A stretch of DNA of 32,000 nt, from contig FP565575.1 of assembly GCA_000091165.1 (NCBI GenBank), forward strand, positions 210,001-242,000, written 5' to 3'. Both the position numbers and the translations under genes were made by a program. The notes beneath the pieces are model-generated. The model searched no databases, had not been told where the DNA came from, and saw nothing but the letters and a program-made list of their open reading frames with translations. Below are positions 12,802-21,400 of the stretch, one piece after another. Numbering within the stretch: the stretch's first letter is position 1; the number at the start of each line of letters is the position of its first letter. The stretch is from Candidatus Methylomirabilis oxygeniifera. Its GTDB lineage: Bacteria; Methylomirabilota; Methylomirabilia; Methylomirabilales; Methylomirabilaceae.

Positions 12802-14326
12802 ACCGACAGACGGCTGCGATCTGATCCCACGTCAGCGGAGCAATGCGCTGCTCCCTATGGCGCCATTCGAGAATGACGGTCTTGTCGCTGTCCTGGAGCG
12901 CACCGGCGTGGAGGAGGGGACACGGGTCCCCAGGGTGATGCAGGAGACGGACCTCCTGTGGAATGCGCGTAAACGGGGCTGCCGCAGCGATCGGCAGCGC
13001 CCAACTCCCCTGCCCGAAGAGCTGTGCGCCGAAGTGGAGGTCAGGATTACCGATCATGAGGACGGCGCGCACGTCGGATCTGTTCGCGGCTTGTTCGATC
13101 ACCGCAAGGATTGTCCGGTTGATCCGACCTGCCTGGATCCATGGGAGGCTGTTGACGGATAACAGCATAACGGATGACAGCACGACGGCCGATGTCCATA
13201 TACGACGGATGCGTGTTCGACTCTGATTGAGAAGGACACCGAGAAGGAGGCAGAACCCTGCCGATGATAGATAATGGAGTCTGGCAAAATCATCCGGCGC
13301 GCCCCTTGCCGACAGGAGGCTGAGTACCGGGAGCGCCAGGATGATCATCAGGCCGAGGCAATAGAGCGCCTGTCGACGCATGCTCCCCGTGACGGCAACG
13401 ACCGCGACCACAGCGGCCGAGAGCCACTGGAAGATGCCGATAGCTCGCCTTGCCATGATACCGATCACCGGATCACCCGCAGACGTGAGCAGCGATCCCC
13501 CCGGCAACAGTTGATAGAGAAACAGATGAACGAGCCCGAGCGGCATCAGGGAGGGGTCGGAGGGGTTGGTGTCCATGGGGCCATACTGACCGATGAGATG
13601 CCCGGTGAGTACCTTGCGAAGGATGAAGTAGGCCCCCAGCACGATATAATACGGCAGCAGCGACATGGCCGTGGGAGGGGCGGATCGGTCACGGTTCGGA
13701 TACCGAACCATCACCCAATGAAAGGTCAGGACAATAGGAACGATGACGGCAGTTTCCTTTGAAGCAAGAGCAAGGACGAAGGCAAGCAACGATCCCGGAT
13801 AGAGCAACGGCTGTTTGAGGCCGGAAAAGGCAAGATACAGCAGGATCGCCAGGAGCGCAAAGAAGGCCATGATCAGTTCTGTACGGCCGACGAGCCAGTA
13901 GACGGCTTCAGGGTGCAGGGGGTGGAGCGCAAACAAGAGGCCTGCCGTCAATCCGATAGCCGGTGAGGCAATGGGCCGCAGGGCAGCGATACCGTACACA
14001 AGGAGACCGTTGAAGGCGTTCAAAAGCATGTTGGTCAGGTGCGGACCCACCGGGTTGACTCCCCAAAGGCTTATATCGATCCCGCCGGAGAGCGTTACCA
14101 TCGGACGGTAATAGCTGTAGCTCAGGTCGCCGCGATAGACCGTGTAGAAGTCGGACAGTACGTTCTGCCAGTCGACTGAATTCCTGTCGCCGCTGAGGAT
14201 GGTGACGACGTTGAAGTCGTCGGATAGGAAGTAGCCGTACAGGGATGGGGCGTACACGAGAAGACTCACCGCAAGTATCAGCGACAGATCGCAGGCGATT
14301 CTGGAAGGCAGTGGGGATGGATGCAT
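12695..14326 (-). CDS. GT-C superfamily polytopic membrane glycosyltransferase (PMT/TMTC/ArnT-like)
   Basis: AAGGAGG lies 6 nt before ATG 14326. Many hydrophobic helices. The first extracytoplasmic loop carries YFLSDDFNVV, the acidic DD/DE motif characteristic of GT-C enzymes. Soluble C-terminal domain of about 150 aa. Confidence 0.55.
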   Translation of the reverse strand: MHPSPLPSRIACDLSLILAVSLLVYAPSLYGYFLSDDFNVVTILSGDRNSVDWQNVLSDFYTVYRGDLSYSYYRPMVTLSGGIDISLWGVNPVGPHLTNMLLNAFNGLLVYGIAALRPIASPAIGLTAGLLFALHPLHPEAVYWLVGRTELIMAFFALLAILLYLAFSGLKQPLLYPGSLLAFVLALASKETAVIVPIVLTFHWVMVRYPNRDRSAPPTAMSLLPYYIVLGAYFILRKVLTGHLIGQYGPMDTNPSDPSLMPLGLVHLFLYQLLPGGSLLTSAGDPVIGIMARRAIGIFQWLSAAVVAVVAVTGSMRRQALYCLGLMIILALPVLSLLSARGAPDDFARLHYLSSAGFCLLLGVLLNQSRTRIRRIWTSAVVLSSVMLLSVNSLPWIQAGRINRTILAVIEQAANRSDVRAVLMIGNPDLHFGAQLFGQGSWALPIAAAAPFTRIPQEVRLLHHPGDPCPLLHAGALQDSDKTVILEWRHREQRIAPLTWDQIAAVCRSTALPTTSMPSAEGSLDRRPWRNNVRASDVPTQSG

Positions 14327-14437
14327 GTCGGGCCTCCTTGTGCCCCACAGTGAAGGCGATACCATCATAACCGCCATATCAGTATCACGACCCAGGAGAT
14401 GTTGCAATCGTTCTTCAGTCGGTATAGATGCCTTACC

Positions 14438-14467
14438 TTGACGGTTCAAGTCCAAAGCCATTATACT
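14438..14467 (+). promoter_or_regulatory. Sigma70-like promoter of wzm-wzt and downstream genes
   Basis: TTGACG (14438-14443), 18-nt spacer, TATACT (14462-14467). GAGAGGAG lies upstream of ATG 14503. Confidence 0.45.
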
Positions 14468-14502
14468 GATTTACCGCATAGTTGCTATAAGAGAGGAGTA
14501 GG

Positions 14503-15294
14503 ATGAAGGCGATACGAGCGATCTATCGATACAGAGAGGTGACATTCAGCTTTGTGAAGCGGGATCTGGCGGCTCGCTACAAGGGTTCGACCTTCGGAAT
14601 GCTCTGGTCGATCGTCAATCCTCTCATTATGCTGATCCTTTATACCTTTGTCTTCTCCACGATCCTGAAGGTTCGGGTGGGTGTTCAGGAGGGTACCGGC
14701 AGTTTTGCCGTCTACCTGTTCTGCGGTCTGCTGCCATGGAACGCCTTTGCCGAGCCCCTTGGACGGTCCACGGGGATCGTGTTTGAGCATACCAATCTTA
14801 TCAAGCGAATGGTATTTCCGGTCGAGATCCTTCCTTTATATATTGTCATTTCAAGTATAATCAATCAACTGATAGGTCTGGCCATCCTTTTCCTCGTCCT
14901 GCTTGCGAACGGACATCGGTTCAGTATGCTGATTGCATTCCTGCCGGCGCTTCTCCTTCTCCAGATTACTTTTACCGTTGGATTAGCCTGGATTATAGCC
15001 GGAGCCACTGTCTTTTTGCGCGATATTGCTCAGGTGATCGGAATGATCACGACCCTGTGGCTTTTCCTGACCCCGATATTTTACACGGCTAATCTTGTTC
15101 CTGAGGGATGGCGGCCTTTTCTAGGGTTGAACCCGATGTATGCCGTTGTTGAGTCGTACAGGTCTATTATCCTGAAAGGGCAGTTGCCTGATCCGAGCAG
15201 CCTGATTTACCTTTTTCTCACGGCTGTCATTACCTTTGTTGTCGGCCATCGGATTTTTACTAGGATGCAACCCGCGTTCGCTGATGTGATCTGA
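14503..15294 (+). CDS. wzm: ABC-2 type polysaccharide export permease
   Basis: YRYREVTFSFVKRDLAARYKGSTFGMLWSIVNPL is the typical Wzm/TagG/KpsM N-terminus. Six hydrophobic segments. 263 aa. Confidence 0.85.
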   Translation: MKAIRAIYRYREVTFSFVKRDLAARYKGSTFGMLWSIVNPLIMLILYTFVFSTILKVRVGVQEGTGSFAVYLFCGLLPWNAFAEPLGRSTGIVFEHTNLIKRMVFPVEILPLYIVISSIINQLIGLAILFLVLLANGHRFSMLIAFLPALLLLQITFTVGLAWIIAGATVFLRDIAQVIGMITTLWLFLTPIFYTANLVPEGWRPFLGLNPMYAVVESYRSIILKGQLPDPSSLIYLFLTAVITFVVGHRIFTRMQPAFADVI

Positions 15295-16562
15295 TGTACG
15301 CGATTGAGGTCCATGACCTTTCTAAGGTCTATCGGCTCTACTCGAATCCGAAGGACCGCCTCAAGGAGTATCTCTTCCGGGGCAGGCGGACCTACCACCA
15401 GGCGTTCTGGGCCTTAAGAAATGTGAGTTTCAGGGTTGCACATGGCTCGACGTTAGGCCTTGTCGGCGACAACGGGGCCGGTAAGAGCACGCTGCTTCAA
15501 CTGGTGGCCGGCACTCTGCGGCCCACATCCGGCAGCGTGACGTTGAATGGCCGCGTCTCCACAATCCTGGAACTGGGTGCGGGGTTCAATCCGGAGTTTA
15601 CAGGTCGAGAGAATGTCTTTATGACAGGATCAATCATGGGGATACCACAGCAGGAAATGGAGCGGCGATTCCCGGAGATTGCCGCGTTTGCAGAAATTGG
15701 GGATTTTATTGAACGGCCTGTAAAGCTGTATTCCAGCGGCATGTACGTCCGCCTTGCGTTTGCTGTTGCGACCAGCGTGGACCCCGACATACTGATAGTC
15801 GATGAGGCCCTCTCTGTCGGGGATCAGTACTTTCAGAAGCGCTGCATAGATCGGATCGAAGGTTTCAGGAAGTCCGGTAAGAGCATACTGTTTTGCTCTC
15901 ACAATCTGTACCAGATCAGATTGATCTGCGACGAGGCCGTCTGGCTGAAGGATGGTGAGGTCGCCATGGCCGGAGAGGCCTCCAGGGTTATTGGAGCGTA
16001 TCAGAACTATATGCGGGAGAGGGAGATGCCAAAGGCTTCTCCCGCCACGGTTGAGGTCGGACCAAGGACCTTTCCCTGGGTCTCAGGTGTACGGCTGAGC
16101 TGTGGTGACGAGGAGGGGGATCGGGATGAGTTCGTAACAGGAGACGAACTGGTCGTGACGGTCGCGTACGAGGTGCCTGATCCGCCAAGGGTTGTTCATG
16201 TGGGTGTCGTCATTGTCAGGAACGATTCGGTGCAGGTATTCGGCACCGGCACCCACGTCTCAGGCGTCAAACTCCCACCCCGTTCGAGCAGTTCAAGGAT
16301 ACGTTTTCCGGCACTTCCGCTTCTATCCGGTCAATACGCGATTTCAGTGTTCCTTCTTGATGAGCACGGAATTCACGTCTACGATGAAAAGGAGCGCGAG
16401 TTCAAGTTCCAGGTGACTCAGAATGTGCAGGCCCTGGGTCTGAGCTTCCTGGAACACCGTTGGGACGTGGAGGTCCCGCATGAGGCGAACGGCAAGTGGG
16501 GCTCTGACGATCACGCCGGCAACAAGCAGATAAACAATGCGTTAGGCATCGTCAAAGGATAA
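15294..16562 (+). CDS. wzt: Polysaccharide ABC transporter ATP-binding protein with a C-terminal Wzt_C-like glycan-binding domain
   Basis: Walker A GDNGAGKST, signature YSSGMYVRLAFA, Walker B ILIVDEALSVGD. A C-terminal extension of about 170 aa shows a beta-sandwich pattern (FVTGDELVVTVAY...LLSGQYAISVFL). Its start overlaps the wzm stop by 1 nt (TGATG). Confidence 0.85.
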   Translation: MYAIEVHDLSKVYRLYSNPKDRLKEYLFRGRRTYHQAFWALRNVSFRVAHGSTLGLVGDNGAGKSTLLQLVAGTLRPTSGSVTLNGRVSTILELGAGFNPEFTGRENVFMTGSIMGIPQQEMERRFPEIAAFAEIGDFIERPVKLYSSGMYVRLAFAVATSVDPDILIVDEALSVGDQYFQKRCIDRIEGFRKSGKSILFCSHNLYQIRLICDEAVWLKDGEVAMAGEASRVIGAYQNYMREREMPKASPATVEVGPRTFPWVSGVRLSCGDEEGDRDEFVTGDELVVTVAYEVPDPPRVVHVGVVIVRNDSVQVFGTGTHVSGVKLPPRSSSSRIRFPALPLLSGQYAISVFLLDEHGIHVYDEKEREFKFQVTQNVQALGLSFLEHRWDVEVPHEANGKWGSDDHAGNKQINNALGIVKG

Positions 16563-16593
16563 CATGCACATATTCATGATCCGAAAAATGCAC

Positions 16594-16638
16594 AAATCCC
16601 CTCTTTCCCCCTTTTGAAAGGAGGATGAAGGGGGTTTG
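16594..16638. repeat. Degenerate G/C hairpin repeat after wzt
   Basis: aaatcccctctttcccccttttgaaaggaggatgaagggggttt. Confidence 0.6.
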
Positions 16639-16643
16639 TTGCT

Positions 16644-17726
16644 TTGGTAGATATAAATTCATTGTTGACGCCTCCTTACTCTGAGGGAGCGTGTTCATCT
16701 GGGGGCGGTGAGGTGTGCGTATACAAAGATCCTGCCGGACGCTTTACTATCCGCCCATATCAGGCCGGTGACGAACTCCGGATCCTCGATCTGTTCCGGC
16801 GCGTGTTCGGGGTAGAGCGATCGTGTGAGCACTGGCGCTGGAAATTTCGGGATAATCCCGCCGGTTCATACGTGCTGCGCGTGGCTGAGACGCAGGACGG
16901 TAGGCTTGTGGGGCAATATGCCCTATTGCCCGTCCGAACCCGATGGGGTCATGAGACGGTCACCTTTATCCAGGTCATCGATGTGATGGTCGATCCGCAC
17001 TATCGGATGGGATTAAAGCGTCCCGGGCTGTTTTCGGTTCTGGCCGAACAGTCGGTGATGGCATTCCTCCGCGGCGGGCTGGCGTTGATCGGCTACGGGT
17101 TCCCGACACCGGAGGCGTTGCGGATCGGCGCGCGCGCTGTCGGGTATCATCCCCTGCATCCGATTCAGCGGCTGGTAAAAGACCTCACCGTTGCGAGCAG
17201 GCCCCGCTCCTTCCGGCCATGGTCCGTGAGGTGCGAGAGAGTTGCGCGTTTTGGAGATAATGTAGAGATGTTGTGGCGGCGATGCGCCTCCTCCTTTGAC
17301 ATTGCGGTCATACGTGATGCGGAATATCTGAACTGGCGATATGCCGACTGCCCTGATGTTGCATACACGATGGTTGCGGCCGGACAGCCGTGGAGCGGTA
17401 TCCTGTCAGGGGCGGCAGTTCTCCGAATGGGATGGGCGGATCAGCCGATTGCGTGTCTGGCGGATTGGCTTGTTCCGCCTGACGCGACGTCGACGGCCGA
17501 GAGACTGCTGGCTCATTGTGAGGCGTTGGCTCGAGAGGCCGGCATGGAACGGCTCAGCGCCTGGTTTCCTCAACATGCCTGGCCGTATCGCTTTCTCTGC
17601 GAGCATGGGTATCGGGTGGAGCCCACCATATACCACCTGGTGGCCTTGGCCACCGATCCCATGGCCGACCTCGAGCGGGTCAGGGATCGCTGGTACTACA
17701 CAATGGGAGATTCGGATATCTTTTGA
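16644..17726 (+). CDS. Two-domain GNAT-family acyltransferase (start uncertain)
   Basis: IRPYQAGDELRILDLFRRVFG...EHWRWKFRDNP...GRLVGQYALLP...IDVMVDPHYR is the GNAT core pattern. A second C-terminal half of similar size follows. The track start is TTG 16644. Confidence 0.6.
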   Translation: MVDINSLLTPPYSEGACSSGGGEVCVYKDPAGRFTIRPYQAGDELRILDLFRRVFGVERSCEHWRWKFRDNPAGSYVLRVAETQDGRLVGQYALLPVRTRWGHETVTFIQVIDVMVDPHYRMGLKRPGLFSVLAEQSVMAFLRGGLALIGYGFPTPEALRIGARAVGYHPLHPIQRLVKDLTVASRPRSFRPWSVRCERVARFGDNVEMLWRRCASSFDIAVIRDAEYLNWRYADCPDVAYTMVAAGQPWSGILSGAAVLRMGWADQPIACLADWLVPPDATSTAERLLAHCEALAREAGMERLSAWFPQHAWPYRFLCEHGYRVEPTIYHLVALATDPMADLERVRDRWYYTMGDSDIF

Positions 17727-17759
17727 GTGCCATGTGAGGCGTGAGATGCGGAGCGCAGG

Positions 17760-18422
17760 GTGAAGGGGTCGCCGAAGTATCCCCAGATCGTAGCCGGGCC
17801 GCCAAGAGGGTCGGTGTTGGTTTTGGCGCCGCATGCCGACGACGAGAGTTTAGGCTGCGGGGGAGCCATTGCGCTCCACCATCGACAGGGCGATCGGGTG
17901 AAAGTGGTCGTTGCCACCGATGGGGCGGCCGGCGACCCGCTGGGTCATTACCGGGGCTGCAATTATCGGGAGTTGCGTCGTAACGAGGCGAGGCGGGCCG
18001 CATCGATTCTCGGAATCGATGAGATCGAGTTTTGGGACTACCCCGATGGGAAGCTTGCTGAAGTGTCCGATCTGATGACGCGTATCACGGCATTGCTTGC
18101 GGCGGATCGACCGGATGTTCTCTACCGTCCTTCCACGTTGGAGGTGCATCCTGATCACCGGGCTCTCGGAGTCGGCGTTGAAGCGGCCCTCCAGGAGTAT
18201 AGGCCGATATGTGGAGACTTCTGTTATGAGATTTGGGCGACGGTGCAGCCAACCCACGCCATAGACATCACACCTATCTGGGATGTAAAACGCCAAGCCG
18301 TTGAGCAGTATGAAAGCCAGCTCCGCTACAATGACCTTCTCTATATGATGGCCGGTCTGAATGCGTATCGAACCATCTTTGCCCCATGGGCTCGGTACGT
18401 GGAAGCGTTTCAGATAGGGTAG
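17760..18422 (+). CDS. PIG-L/LmbE family N-acetylglucosaminyl deacetylase
   Basis: VLVLAPHADDESLGCGGAI and VHPDHRALG are the PIG-L family zinc-site motifs. GTG start. Confidence 0.8.
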   Translation: MKGSPKYPQIVAGPPRGSVLVLAPHADDESLGCGGAIALHHRQGDRVKVVVATDGAAGDPLGHYRGCNYRELRRNEARRAASILGIDEIEFWDYPDGKLAEVSDLMTRITALLAADRPDVLYRPSTLEVHPDHRALGVGVEAALQEYRPICGDFCYEIWATVQPTHAIDITPIWDVKRQAVEQYESQLRYNDLLYMMAGLNAYRTIFAPWARYVEAFQIG

Positions 18423-18428
18423 AGCCTC

Positions 18429-21400
18429 ATGCGAACCCTCCAGATCGTGCACGGCTTTCCGCCGGAGTCGGTCGCCGGGACCGAGACCTATTGCGAGACC
18501 TTAAGTAGGTATCTTCTGGCGCGAGGGCATCAGTGCGAGGTGCTGACCGGTTCCGGCCGGCGCACAGCAAAGGCTATCCTGGCTGTCGAAGTACAGAACG
18601 GGCTGCGGGTGGCCCGTTATCTGAGAACCGAGGGACAGGCTCAGACCTGGAGAGACGAATACGACCCTGAAGCCGAGGCGCTTATCCGAGATCTGCTCTC
18701 GCGTGACCGGCCGGACCTCGTGCACCTCCACCATTGGCACCGGCTGACCAACAACCTGGTGACGATCTGTACGGACCTGGGCATCCCCGTGGTGGTGACG
18801 TTGCACGATGTCTGGACTACTTGCCCACGTATCCATCGGATCCACCGGGAGGGAGTGTTCTGCAAAGAGCCCCTTCTGACCGCACCGTGTCTACACTGTG
18901 TCGAGCGAACTCAATGGCAGACGGATCAGGAGGTCGTTGCTGCACTGGCATTACGTCAACAGATGGTGGAGGCGGAGCTTTCGCTGGCCTCGGCTCTCAT
19001 CGTACCGTCAGAGGCGCATCGTTCATTGCTGCGTGAGCTGCTTGAGCTTCCGGAGAACCGCTTGATTGTTCTTCCGCATGGGAGTTCCCAGACCATCATC
19101 GCGCAGGATAGGCGGAAGCAACCATCAGCGTTCCGAAATCGACCGCTCCAGATCGGGCATTGGGGTTATTTCCTGTATCATAAAGGTACGCACCTGCTCC
19201 TGGAGGCGCTGCATCGTCTGGACGATCCGTCTGCCGTTCAGGTTCATTTGATCGGAACGGCCTTGGAGTCGGCATATGGGGAACGACTTCGCGATCTTGC
19301 GCGCGGGCTTTCGGTACAATTCCATGGCGCCTATCAGCCCGCCGACCTGCGGACGTTTGACCTTGATCTCGCCGTCTTCCCTTCCATCACCAGTGAATCC
19401 TATTCGTTTACCATTGATGAAGCGTTGTGGTTAGGGCTGCCGGTCCTCGTCTCGGACCGTGGTGCCCTCTCGGAGCGGATCGGGAAGGCAGGCCTGACCT
19501 TTCGGGCTGAGGATGCGGAGGATCTGGCCAGGTGCCTCCAGAGGATCCTGGACGCGCCGGAGGCGCTGGAGGCGATGCGCCTGGACATCCGGCTCGATAC
19601 GCTCTTATCAATGGAGGCCCATGTCGCCGGGTTGGAGAAGATCTATGAGGATGCTGTTTGCTTGAACGTTCCCCGATTAAAAACGTCCACCCCTTATTTG
19701 AAGTTGCTTGCCAATGCAAGGCAACAGATCCAGGAGCGCGACGCGGCGTTATCGGCAGCTCACGCCGAGCGCGACGCGGCGTTATCGGCAGCTCACGCTG
19801 AACTCGCACGAGCCGAGCAGGCCATACAGCAAAAGGACACAGACCTACAACAGGTTCAACGGACCGTCGAGCGTCTTGATGCAGAGGCCCGCCATTATCG
19901 TGAATCGCTGGAAGCTATTGTGTCATCCACGGTGTGGAAGCTCACGGCGCCGATCCGATGGTTGCGCCACCCCATCCGCGCCTTACCCGGCAAAGATCGA
20001 TTCGCGATAGATTTCGCACACCTGAAAGTCACGCTCAGAAAGGCCTATTTCTACCACCGAAAAATAGGTCTTCGGGCGACAGTGCGCAGAATTATCGTCG
20101 AGTTGCGCTCCCTTCACACCAAAGCCAGGGGTCCTGCTCTGTGCTCGTCTGAGTTATTGAATATCCACGATATCTACCCCATGCCCGGAGATATTTCCAG
20201 CCGGATTGCCGTCCACGCCCATGCGTACTACCCTGATTTGACAAAAGAACTCGCGTCGTATCTGAAGAATATGCCCTTCGCGTTTGACCTGTTCGTTTCG
20301 GTCTCGAATGATGAGGCGCGCGATGTCTGTCGTCAGGCATTTGCAGGGCTGCCACAGGCTCGTCGAGTCATTGTGGACGTTGTGGCAAATCGCGGCCGAG
20401 ACATTGCGCCGATGGTATGCCATTTTGGCGGTCGACTGGCAACATACGACTACATCTGCCATCTGCACACGAAGAAATCGATGTATGCGCAGGGAAAAAT
20501 GGATGGTTGGCTGGAGTATCTTCTGCGCCAGTTGATGGGAAGCGAGGATCAGGTTAGGCGGATTTTTTCCATGTTTCAAAGCGATCCAAGAGCCGGGATT
20601 ATTTACCCTCAAAATTACGAGTATCTGCCCTACTGGGGCAATACCTGGCTATCCAATAAAGCGCTGGGCGCCCAAATGTGCCGGCAGATGGGAATCACAG
20701 ATGTGCCGGAAGGGTATTTCGACTACCCTGCAGGGTCAATGTTCTGGGCTCGAAGCGAGGCCATTCGCAATCTTTTCTCGGCCGATATCAGACTGACGGA
20801 CTTTCCCGAAGAGGCTGGTCAGACGGATGGCTCACTGGCGCACTGCATTGAGCGGTTGCTGGTTCTTGTGGCCAGACACGCCGGATATAAGCCGTTTATT
20901 CTTGCCGATCCCTTGTCACCAAGCTGGTCAAAGTGGAGATTCGACCGCTATATGGCCAGAACGCGTGATTATGTTAAAACAGCGTTGGAAGCAAAAGATA
21001 TCAAAGTGATCGCCTTCGATATTTTCGATACACTGCTTGTTCGTCCGGTTCTCCATCCCGAAACCGCAAAGACGATCATTGGCCACCGCAACCGGGAAAT
21101 GGCCGGGACCGATTTTGCCGGGCTACGGGCGAAGGCGGAAGCACTGGCGCGCTCGCGTGTGGGGCGAGACGTGGGGCTTGAAGACATTTATGCTGAGTTT
21201 GCGTCACTGACAGGCAAGCAGGTCGATGAGGTTGGGTATCTCCGGACCCTGGAGGAGGAAATAGAACGACACCTGGTTTCTCCTCGACCTGAGTGTATAG
21301 ATATGTTCAACCATGCGATACGTAGCGGCAAACGTGTCGTTCTTGCGAGTGACATGTTTTTGCCTCGTCCTATTATTGAGAAAATGCTCTCGGAGAACGG

